This document shows positions 24,406 through 34,363 of a stretch of DNA of 64,000 nt, piece after piece. The notes under the pieces were generated by a model. The model was given only the letters and a program-made list of their open reading frames with translations, did no database searches and was not told the origin of the DNA. Origin of the DNA: an uncultured virus (IMG/VR IMGVR_UViG_3300032007_000021) (lineage: Duplodnaviria; Heunggongvirae; Uroviricota; Caudoviricetes); IMG/VR virus record IMGVR_UViG_3300032007_000021; one strand, 5' to 3'. The position numbers and the translations under genes were made by a program. The first letter of the stretch is position 1; each line of letters starts with the position of its first letter.

Positions 24406-24744
24406 TTATTTACTTGAAATGCCTATATAAGCATCAAAAACATCATCTATGACATCTACATTGATAGATATAAGGTAAACATCATTATATTCATTAGAAT
24501 ATAGTTTAAATTGCTGTTTCAGCAAATCAAAATATGTTTGCCAATCTCCTCCTCCGTTTTCTCCACCATTTATATGAACAACTAAATGTCCTTCTTCATT
24601 CAAAACAATAATTACTCCATCCAACAAAAAATCTTTAAGTGTTTTTCCTTCTATTCTTTCAAACAAATCTTCTTTTGCATAAACATAATTTTCCTCAAAT
24701 TGAGACATAAATCTTTCCAAACTCTCATCTCTTTCCATCTTCAA
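24406..24744 (-). CDS. Hypothetical acidic protein (no TAG)
   Basis: Track ORF, GAGGAG RBS. Confidence 0.7.
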   Translation of the reverse strand: MKMERDESLERFMSQFEENYVYAKEDLFERIEGKTLKDFLLDGVIIVLNEEGHLVVHINGGENGGGDWQTYFDLLKQQFKLYSNEYNDVYLISINVDVIDDVFDAYIGISSK

Positions 24745-24756
24745 TTCTCCTCTTTT

Positions 24757-25413
24757 TTATTTTACAACATCTATCACAGTCTAAACCACAGCTTTCTTAC
24801 CAAATTTTTTTCTCAAAAACAAATATACAGCAACACAAACTGCAATCGCAAACAACAAACAAATACTAATAATTATTAAATATTTAATCGCTTGATTAAT
24901 CGCATTATTTGCAACATCTCTGGCCACATCTCCTGCTGATTGCATTAATTTATCAAATCCACTTGCTACAGATTGTATATCTTTTGATTCAATTCCCGAT
25001 CCTCCTGCCGCAGAAACAGTTTTTGCTGATACAGGTGTTGGAACAGGATTTGTTGTTGACATAATCGCTTTTATAATCTATTTTTTAACATCATCGTTGC
25101 TGTTTGAACTTGTTAAAACATCTTTCAAATTACCTTCATTCAACTGTATTCCTGTCAACATTTGTGTAGTTGTTTGTGTTCCTCCATTACCAAACACACT
25201 TCCTCCTGTTGAAGTAGTAGTAGTATATGCAGTGTTTCCTCTTACCACTCCAGTGCTGACATCATAATAACCAAGTCTTATATTAGGAACATAACTCTAT
25301 CCACTCCAAGAGAACTACAACCCAATACCTTTTGCATTGTTTTGTATATTATGCCCACATGAGACAAATAACAAACTACCACACAATAAAAGCAAGCATA
25401 TTATTTTTTTCAT
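24757..25413 (-). CDS. Lipoprotein with C-terminal transmembrane helix (candidate unimolecular spanin)
   Basis: MKKIICLLLLCGSLLFVS-C lipobox; C-terminal YLIIISICLLFAIAVCVAVYLFLRKK; 4 TAG. Confidence 0.7.
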
Positions 25414-25572
25414 GATAACCCCTTCTTTAATGATATGACACAACAAAAATTTACATTGCCGTTAATTGCGTAAATAAAAAATTCTTCTTTATTAAACTCC
25501 TACTATAAACAAAAAATTATAACCTCAACTCAATTTTTATTACATACCCGTAAAGAACAAAGCTGTTTATTT

Positions 25573-26206
25573 TCACAATCTTTCCTGTTGTAACTTAAAA
25601 CCAAATTCATAATCCTAATTGTTTGCACCTTTAGGATAAGGTAAAACAGAATATGTTAATGCTTTCATTGCATGTTTTCTTTTTCTTTCACTCATTGCAA
25701 AATAAATATATCTATGTTTTTCACTTCTTATTACTCTATAAACATCTTCATTATCTATATGCCTCGGATGTTTACCATTACTACAAGCATCTGTTCTTTT
25801 TTTTTGTCTTTCCCGTATAAAGAAAATTTGTTGCCTGATATATATAACCATGATGATTCATTGCCATATCACTATATGAAACAACAATCAATCCATATTT
25901 TTTTAACTATCTCAAACTCCAAGAAACGAATTGAGACATTGATATATTACAATCTTTCTATCTACACAAACGATTCAATTCTATAACCTTATCTTTATAC
26001 TACTATCCACAACATAAACACACATAATGACTTGCAGGAATACCATAAGTTATAACCGCTTTTAATATACCCTATTGAAAATAACCATAAGCATAAATAA
26101 TCATAGGAACTCTTCCACTGTAATGTCTTTGCAATAAAAACTATTTTGCCTATTCATATCCTATCTTTCTAAATCCATTTTCAGAAAACAAAATCATTTG
26201 CTACAT
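25573..26206 (-). pseudogene. Mom-like DNA-modification (GNAT-fold) gene with a frameshift in an A9 tract
   Basis: RHYSGRVP, TYGIPAS, CG**YKDKVIELNRL, VSYSD..HHGYIYQATNFLYTG, then +1 frame KKRTD..GKHPRH..KHRYIYF..PYPKG. Confidence 0.75.
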
Positions 26207-26381
26207 TTTTCACCTTCAAATAATCCAATAATTCTTGAGAAGAATCTATTCCAACATCACATTTTCCCTATCCAAACTCATTATTCATTCTAACGAAAGA
26301 CATCTTATAACCTTCTGTAAAAAACAGAAAATTAAAAACATCATATTTTTCATAATAAATCCCTCCTTCTTTACTACACAT
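26181..26381 (-). CDS. Hypothetical protein
   Basis: Open frame with one TAG, ends TGA. Confidence 0.5.
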
Positions 26382-26761
26382 CAAAAATAAATGTTCTATT
26401 CCTTTTCAGAAATATCTCCATCCAACTAACTCAATATCTGCTAAACTGAAAAATTACACTTGTCAAACTCACTTATCATTGATGATTTTACATTTTTCAA
26501 AAGGTTTTCAAAGCCCTTGCAAACTCTGATTTTTTCTGAAAAAAAACAACCGTTTTGAAAGTTCTTTGTGAGTCTATTTTTAGAATACAAATAAGAAAAC
26601 AACTATCTCCCTTCACCAATAAAAAATTTACATCTTGCCTACGTTTCTCTTCCAACATAAAAAGCAATAAAACAAGCCTATTTTTCAACAAAATAGAAAC
26701 TAATAAACAAACTGTTTTTATTACGACATTTCAAACATCTCTTGCATATATCCAAGTTCAT
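26381..26761 (-). CDS. Small Cys-rich paralog family member
   Basis: MNLDICKRC...CNFSV*QIL. Confidence 0.72.
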
Positions 26762-26776
26762 GTCTTCTTTTGCCTT

Positions 26777-29584
26777 TTACAAACAATCAATCAAATCTAA
26801 TGCCTTAAAATGTATTTGTTTTAATTCATCTGTATTCTAATCTAATAGAGCGTCATTCACTTGTACTTTACTCTCTATTTTTGCTCTCACTCTCTATTCC
26901 ACAGTATCTTTTGTGATAAATCTATATACTACAGCAGATTTTTTACTGGTAGCTCGGTTGCACCTATTGTTCCTCTGTATCATGATTGCAGGACTATAAT
27001 TATCATCATAATGTATGCAAGCATCTGCTTCCTGTAAATTCAAACCAGTACTCATGGCATCCGTTCCAATCAAAATATCTATATCCTTATCCTCGTTGAA
27101 TCTTTTGCACAACTAAACCCTTTCTTTCGTATCTGTATCTCCATTTATAACTAAAATTTTATAATCATCTTTCAAATTCTTCAACAACAAATCCATTGTT
27201 GTTCTGTATTGTGTAAATATAATTACTTTTTGATGATTTTCTTTTATCAATTCATTTAACAATTCTTCTAAACAAGCATATTTTGCAGAAGGATTTTTTA
27301 ACCCAACAATCTATGGAAAATCACAAAACTGTCTTGCCTTTATCAAAAGAGACATGGCATCACTTTCCGTAATCACTTTTGATTTGCCCTTTACTATCTC
27401 ATTGTATTCTTTCATCTCTTTTGGTTCTAATTCAACATATATATCCTTATACAATAAAGGCGGTAAATCTTTCAAAACTTGTGTTTTTAACCTGCGCAAA
27501 TAATATGGCGCAATCTTTTCTCTAACCTATCCAATATTCTTATACCCAAGAACACGACCAAAAAAATCAAGATTTGCATATCTTTCAAGAAATTTATGTT
27601 TGCTCGGAAACAAACCTGGTTTCAAAAACTAATAAATACTCTGTATTTCCTCTAATTTACCATCTATCGGAGTTCCTGTAAGCCCCAATCTGTATTTACA
27701 CTTAAATAGCTTTAAGGCTCTCGATCTTTGAGATGTATTACGCTTCAAAAAATGGATTTCATCGACACATAACATATCAAAAGAACTTAACACACTCTAT
27801 GCTCCGGCTATCCGATTATCTATAACTTCCTATCCTTTTTTCTTGTCAATAAACAAATCACAAGTAATCGTTTCATATCCCACAATCTTGAAAAAATATC
27901 CTTTAGCCAACCACTTTTTCTGTCTCTATTCCTTCACACCATCTATTACCAACACACTTTCATTAGTAAACTTCTTTATCTCATCCAACCAATTATATTT
28001 CACCGATGCGGGACAAACTATCAAACAATTATTAATTAAACCCTGATTTTTTCTTAAAATTGATATACCTAAACCCTGAATTGTATTATGTGTAACTATT
28101 GCATGTTCTGTAACATATAAATGATCTATTGAATCTACTGCTATACATACACATTCTTTCTATCCAACATATTCTATATTTCTAATAAACCTAGCACATT
28201 CATATTTTTGCGGAAATTTATACAATTCTCTTTTTCTCTTCAACTTAAATGGAATCATGGGATATGGTAATTTTATATTTAAACTATATATATCTCTACA
28301 TTCATACTTAACTCCATTTTTCTTATAATGTGTTTTTTTACAATGTTTCCGACAAACTCCACCTAAACTTTGTACTATCTACGCTACATCATCAACAAGT
28401 CTTTCTGAAACAGAATAATATTCTGCACTATTAAAATAATCATTGTTTTTTTTCATACAATATCCATCTGTATCCATCAAGCCTTGTAACAATTTAAGAC
28501 GATTCTATATAGTAGAATACTTATATATGTCTGGTATAAACTTATTCCAACTTCTAATATCTTTTAACCCAAGATTTTTCAATAAATCTTTTTCAAACAA
28601 AACAGAAAAACTTCTTAAATTCTATTTATAACAAACTTTTTCATTACATTTAATACCTTCAAACATCTATAAAGAATCTTTTTTCTCCATTTGAAAACTA
28701 ACTCCATTACATATAAAATGTCCGTCTCCTAAACACATACCTAATAAATATGGTTCTATAGGTAAAACATCATTATTCTAAAACTATATAGATTGAACTA
28801 CTGGTATCTGCCACTTACTACCACCTCTATTATCTTTATAATATGTTTTATATCTATAAATCTTATCTTTATTATGACCTATACCACTATGTTCTTTTAC
28901 TAAATTCTAGTCTAACAATTCATTTACTGTCAAAACATTTTCAAAACCTTTTCTTCTTTCAAACACTTTCCATAAATGTTCTGATGAACATTCCATAGAA
29001 TATCCATCACTAAATGTCATTTTATACACTTTTTTAATACCTTGTGGATAAACACCAATTACATCATGAGATTTTCCATCACTTCCAATTATCTTATCAC
29101 CAATAACTATATCACCAATTCTTTTTCTTCCATTCGGTGTAAACAATCTATTATCTACTATCTATGCTTTTCCTAATCCACATGAATCACCAATTAAAAA
29201 TCCTTCTCCAGATACTTCAGCACATTTTATTCCATGTTTTTGATAATTAAACAATGGATTCTTCCCCTTGTAAGACAAACCTTTTACTGAAAAATCAATG
29301 TCTTCATTCTTCTCTGCAATTTTTTTTGCAGACAGAAATTCTTCCTGTTGCTTTTTCTTCTGATTTATTAAATAATTAAAAATAGGAGGTATCTGCAACC
29401 TATCTTTGAACATTCTGTACACTTCATCCCAAACTTTCAAATCCAATGCAAATTTCCAAACCTTCTTCTACATATCCCAAGAACCATTCAATTTCTTCAT
29501 TTTATTTCTGGAATCTATGTCTTTGTAATCTATCCGCAAATAGAACATCTATTTATTCTTGTTATCCAACTACAAATTTATCAT
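26777..29584 (-). CDS. SNF2-family helicase/ATPase with intein
   Basis: YQKHG, GDSCGLGK|T, VCPASVKYNW, VDEIH, LTGTP, LRRLKTQVLKDLPP, GLNLQEA, QRNNRCNR, TKDTVE*R. Confidence 0.93.
28085..29167 (-). mobile_element. Ala-starting intein (361 aa) with LAGLIDADG homing endonuclease in Walker A
   Basis: GLGK|A*IVDNRLFTPNG...CSSEHLW...LLGMCLGDG...LLQGLMDTDG...IVTHN|T. Confidence 0.9.
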
Positions 29585-29590
29585 TTATTA

Positions 29591-29860
29591 TCACCTAAAA
29601 TCACTTTTCAACACTTTTGCTAAAACAGATATAACTATGAATATCCAACATAATATAAAACAGCACCAACTGAAAATCATTACACCATATCCCTTTTCCC
29701 CAATCATTATACTCTTCGCAAAACGATAAAACCTCAACATTTTCTTTTTATGTTCATAATAATCATAGCTCTCACAAATCTTTTTGACAACAAAATCACA
29801 AATGAACAAAAACAACAGAAAACACACTCCTGCCAACAAATAAACACCTAAATAAATCAT
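29591..29860 (-). CDS. Small membrane protein
   Basis: Two hydrophobic segments; ATGA overlap with gltX. Confidence 0.65.
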   Translation of the reverse strand: MIYLGVYLLAGVCFLLFLFICDFVVKKICESYDYYEHKKKMLRFYRFAKSIMIGEKGYGVMIFSWCCFILCWIFIVISVLAKVLKSDFR

Positions 29861-31377
29861 AGCTCCTTCTTTATCCTTTCTATCACTCTGTCTTTTCCCA
29901 ACAAAAGAATTGTATCTTGTACACTTATACCTTCTTTCCTGCCACTAATACAATATCTTATCGGTTGATTCAATCTGTATTTATCCAAATTAAACGCATT
30001 TTCAAGCATTCTAATCAATGTTTCTATATCAGATGATGTTTTATATATACCTTCCTCTAACTCCATTGTAAATCGCTTTAAAACATGTTTAATTTCACTC
30101 AAATGACAAGATTCCTTAAACACAAAATCTTTTTCATAATCTTCATTGAAATAATACTCACATTCTTTCTTTACATCGAGTAAAGTCTTAAATCTCCCTC
30201 TCATCTTTTCAAAAACATTCTTGCAATAATTTCCATCATAAATACTATAACTGCAATCAAAATCAATTATCTTTTGGTAAATATTGTCATCCTCTTTCAG
30301 ATATTTGGAATTTAACTTTTCAAGTTTCATCAAATCAAATTGTCCTGCCGATTTCTGTACTTTCTTCAAATCAAAAGTTTTTATCAACTCTTCTCTGCTC
30401 ATTTTTCCTTGACAACTATATCCTATCATCATCAGATAATTCAACAAACTTTCAGACAAAAAACCTTTGTCTCTAAAATCTCCGACATAAGCATCCCCAT
30501 CCCTTTTACTATAAGGCTTTCCTTCTTGATTAACAATCATAGGCAAATGCAAATATTCAGGAATTTTCACCCCTAAAGCATGAAACAAAAACAAATGCTT
30601 ATAAGTATTCTCTATATGATCGTCTCCTCTTATAATGTGAGTAACACCTTGCGTAATATCATCAACTACATTTGCCAAATGAAATACAGGACTTCCATCA
30701 CTCCTCGCTATCACAAAATTACTCATTTTATCCAATGATTTGTGCATTTCTCCACGCACCATATCTTTAAAACAAACTTCCCTCCTAATATAACTAATAG
30801 CACCAACTTCAACAAAACTTTCTGAAGAAAGTTCATTAACATCCTTTAAATAAAATATTTCCTTATCTTGTTTGTTGTATATTCTCAAATCTTTATAACC
30901 AGCCAAAGCTCCCTTTTCTTCTTTACCATCACAAATAAAAGTGATTTCAGATTTGTTTAACTTTATATCTCCCTCAAACTTTTCCTTGACAAATCCAACT
31001 TCCCGGACAAAATCAAAATCATCACAATTATAAGGAATTTCAAAATAAGCAGGAAAATTCAAATCTTTTTTATTCAAATCACAACCATAAATATATCCTC
31101 TTTTCCACATTTCTTTCAAACATTCAAGATGATGTTCTCTTTGTTCTGTCTGATACATAACTTCATCATCATAATCCAAACCAAGCCATTTCATACAATC
31201 ATATAAAGCATTAATGGATTCTCGCGTACTTCTTACTAAATCAGTATCTTCCACTCTCAAAAGAAATCTACCTTTGTTATGTCTCGCAAAAACATAATTG
31301 AAAATGGCAACTCTCATATTGCCAATATGTACTTTCCCTGTCGGACTGGGAGCAAACCTTACAACAACATCTTTCAT
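29857..31377 (-). CDS. gltX: Glutamyl-tRNA synthetase
   Basis: RFAPSPTGKVHIGN, LRVEDTD, VVDDITQGVTHIIRGDDH, HLPMI, KPYSKRDG, C-terminal anticodon-binding domain; no TAG. Confidence 0.96.
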   Translation of the reverse strand: MKDVVVRFAPSPTGKVHIGNMRVAIFNYVFARHNKGRFLLRVEDTDLVRSTRESINALYDCMKWLGLDYDDEVMYQTEQREHHLECLKEMWKRGYIYGCDLNKKDLNFPAYFEIPYNCDDFDFVREVGFVKEKFEGDIKLNKSEITFICDGKEEKGALAGYKDLRIYNKQDKEIFYLKDVNELSSESFVEVGAISYIRREVCFKDMVRGEMHKSLDKMSNFVIARSDGSPVFHLANVVDDITQGVTHIIRGDDHIENTYKHLFLFHALGVKIPEYLHLPMIVNQEGKPYSKRDGDAYVGDFRDKGFLSESLLNYLMMIGYSCQGKMSREELIKTFDLKKVQKSAGQFDLMKLEKLNSKYLKEDDNIYQKIIDFDCSYSIYDGNYCKNVFEKMRGRFKTLLDVKKECEYYFNEDYEKDFVFKESCHLSEIKHVLKRFTMELEEGIYKTSSDIETLIRMLENAFNLDKYRLNQPIRYCISGRKEGISVQDTILLLGKDRVIERIKKEL

Positions 31378-31508
31378 TTTTTTCCTTTCTTTTGAGATAA
31401 ATAAAAGCTGATTTTATCAAAAATAAAAAAATAAATAACAGAAAACAAACCAACTATCAATAACAAAACAAAATATAAACCCAATAAAATATAACCTATA
31501 TCAATCAT
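31374..31508 (-). CDS. Small membrane protein
   Basis: Hydrophobic stretch; ATGA overlap. Confidence 0.5.
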   Translation of the reverse strand: MIDIGYILLGLYFVLLLIVGLFSVIYFFIFDKISFYLSQKKGKK

Positions 31509-31731
31509 TTTCGTTACTTTTCTTCAAAGCAATTTCAATCAAAGTCGGCAACCAAAAAACACTCACCAAACCCAAAAACAAACCAACCATCAAAAACGGA
31601 TGTTTGTTCTCCAATTTGTTCCAAACATCAAAAACTTGTTTGTCTGTTTTTTCAATCTAATCTAATGTTGATTTATAACCAGTAATCGCAATGAAAAAAC
31701 CAATAGAAAGATAAATCAGCAAAACTATCAT
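31501..31731 (-). CDS. Small membrane protein
   Basis: Two hydrophobic segments, one TAG. Confidence 0.55.
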
Positions 31732-32099
31732 TTCTGTCCCTCCAGAAAATCCTTAATCAGAAAACTTTTATTTTTCATGAAATTTGCAATACCACACACC
31801 TCATTGTCATTCATAAGAATACGAATAGGTACATCCTTAAGAGATTTACCAACAGAAATATAATCATCTTCAATTTTATCTGTTAAGTCACAAATCACAA
31901 AAATCAGCTCTCCAATCAGTTTTTTCATATTATAATTGTCCATAATACAAAAAGAATGAATCTGTCCTTCAGCATCTTCATATTCAATTTTTATTCCACT
32001 TGTCACCATTCCATAATGACCGTAAATATGAATGTCAAATTCTTTAATCATTCCATTGTAAACTTCATACTCATCATAATCAATCGGTACAAAATTCAT
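31728..32099 (-). CDS. Hypothetical protein (no TAG)
   Basis: Track ORF, AGGAG RBS. Confidence 0.7.
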   Translation of the reverse strand: MNFVPIDYDEYEVYNGMIKEFDIHIYGHYGMVTSGIKIEYEDAEGQIHSFCIMDNYNMKKLIGELIFVICDLTDKIEDDYISVGKSLKDVPIRILMNDNEVCGIANFMKNKSFLIKDFLEGQK

Positions 32100-32220
32100 C
32101 TTTACAATCTCCTTTCAATTCTTACATTTATTTTTCATCACTTTTTTGTACTCTTCAATCAACTTGTGCGCTCTAATCCATTTGATAGCTTCTTCTTTCG
32201 TCATGTTTCATTCTCCTTTC

Positions 32221-32511
32221 TTACCATTCAATATCTGTTACGTTATCAGACATATAATTCCACGCTTCAATAGCTTCTTGCACAATATCAGATTCAGCAT
32301 CAATTTTACGCTTTCTTCCTGCTTCATCTACAAGATATGCTTTCTCAACTTCCTCAAAAACACGACAATCTTCGTATTTTCTAACAATACCTCTCACTTC
32401 AATTCCACAATACAAACCGCTCTTCGTCTGCGTTTTATAAAGGAACCTGGCTTCATACTCATTACTTGCATAAAACTCATCTGCACAAAAATCATATTCT
32501 GTCATTTTCAA
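32221..32511 (-). CDS. Hypothetical protein (no TAG)
   Basis: Track ORF, AGGAG RBS. Confidence 0.7.
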   Translation of the reverse strand: MKMTEYDFCADEFYASNEYEARFLYKTQTKSGLYCGIEVRGIVRKYEDCRVFEEVEKAYLVDEAGRKRKIDAESDIVQEAIEAWNYMSDNVTDIEW

Positions 32512-32543
32512 ATCTCCTTTGATTTGTTGGTTTGGTTTTTGTT

Positions 32544-32572
32544 TTGCAATATCTAAATAACAACAAAAAATT
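32544..32572 (-). promoter_or_regulatory. Candidate phage promoter upstream of the gltX-containing gene run
   Basis: Near-identical to 13212-13239. Confidence 0.55.
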
Positions 32573-33382
32573 TTACTTACATTTTTTTATTCGATTTATC
32601 CATTCATTGACAATACCATAATCAGGTTTTTTTACATTCAAACACAAAATTTCCTTGTTTGTAAACTTTTTGTAAGAAAAATCCTTTTCGATATACAAAA
32701 CTCTGTCAGGATAAACAGTCATTCCAAAATGAAAGTTTCCTGTAGCTACTGATGCCATACCAGCCAAAGAACCCATCAAACCTATCATTTTCTATATACC
32801 AATTCCTTTTGTTCTCATTGACCAATCTACAAAATCATACTTCTAATTTAATGGTTTGCTTGCACTCTTTTCTTTCGGAACAAACAAATCTATTGCTATC
32901 AATCCATTGTCTTCAACAATTTTCCATAGTTTTTTAGCTATCTCATAAGGACAATTTATTTCTTTCGGATGAAAACTATTGAAAAACGAGAATCCAACAA
33001 TGTTACCACTTGCTTCTATACATTCTGTGTACTATAATTCCTTTTGATATTCTATACCCAAATCCAAAACAGCATTACATTCCGGTTTTGTCATCAAACA
33101 ATTCTTTTCCACTTCATTAAAGTAAGCCGGAATCCAAACAACATAATCATAATCATTTTCATTCATGACAGGTGGGAACATACTTTTAATCAACTCATTT
33201 ACCTTTATATCTATTACACAATTTGGATAGAGACTTTTAAACTTCTTGAAATATGGATAAAACATCAATACATCTCCCAAACCATGCGGATATAAAATCA
33301 AGATTTTTGCTCCATCTTTACAATAATCTTTAATAGTTATCTTTCTATCAGTAAACTTATTATCAAAAATAATCTTTTTCAT
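32573..33382 (-). CDS. Glycosyltransferase family 9-like protein
   Basis: KILILYPHGLGDVLMFYPYFKKFKSLYPN; two track ORFs joined over TAGs. Confidence 0.72.
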
Positions 33383-34278
33383 ACTGACACTCCCATACTT
33401 AAACTATTTGTACAAAACAAAACATTCAAATTGTCATTCTCATCTTTGAAATCTTCTATCATCTTATTCCTTTTATCATAAGTTAAATCAGCATTATAAA
33501 ACACTGCTCTTATACCATTTTCCCTAACTTTTTGCAAAAAATACTATCCAATTTTTTTGGATTGTACAAATATCATTATCTTATCTTCAGGATTTTTCTT
33601 GCATGTCTATATGATTTTCTACAGTTGTTCCTGTGTATTCTATGCTATCTATATCCTTTTGGATAACTTTGTCGGCCTCCACTTACTATCTATATAATAA
33701 GTGTTCAACCCATTCAATCCTTTTATCCATTTAGCTATCTATTTTATATTTGGTAAAGTGCCAGATAAACAAACTATTCTACATTCAGGATTTAAAAAAC
33801 AAATATTCATTATCAATGACTCACTTCCCGCACCTCTTTTCTAATTATTAAATAAATGTGCTTCATCAAAAGTAAACAGTTGTATTTGTTTTGTCCAATT
33901 ATCTCCCCTTCTGCAACACACATTCATTGACTATATTGTTGACACAATTATTCTGGCTTCTTCCAGCTCTTTAATCGACACATAACTATCTGAAGACAAC
34001 ATCACCATCTTGTATTTCTTAAAAGTGCTATGCTATTTCCATTCTCTATATTTTTCCTACGCTATTGCTTTCATCGGACAAACATACACTATCTTTTTAG
34101 ATGACATTGTTAATTCATATCCAGCTATGGCTTCATGTATTACTGTCTTTCCACTTGCCGTTGTTGAACTTACCAACAAGTTACATTGCAATGTAAAATA
34201 TTTACTTGCTTCTTCTTGAACAGGATTAAACGTATCAAACGGAAAGTCACAATACACATATTCACTTGTATATTTCAT
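33379..34278 (-). CDS. Ski2/Hel308-like SF2 helicase, ends at motif V
   Basis: FNPVQ, TASGKT, CPMKAIA*EK, VSTI*S, FDEAH, LSGTLPN, RPTKL, IFVQSK, CTNSLSMGV then TGA. Confidence 0.85.
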
Positions 34279-34299
34279 TCGTTTTCTCCATTAAAAAAA

Positions 34300-34333
34300 T
34301 TACCTATATGAAATTTCACTATCATATAGGTAA
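34300..34333 (-). terminator. Hairpin TTACCTATATGA..TCATATAGGTAA (copy 3)
   Basis: Same stem as 882 and 24352, different loop. Confidence 0.65.
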
Positions 34334-34363
34334 CAATTGTTTTTATATAGGTAACAATTATTT

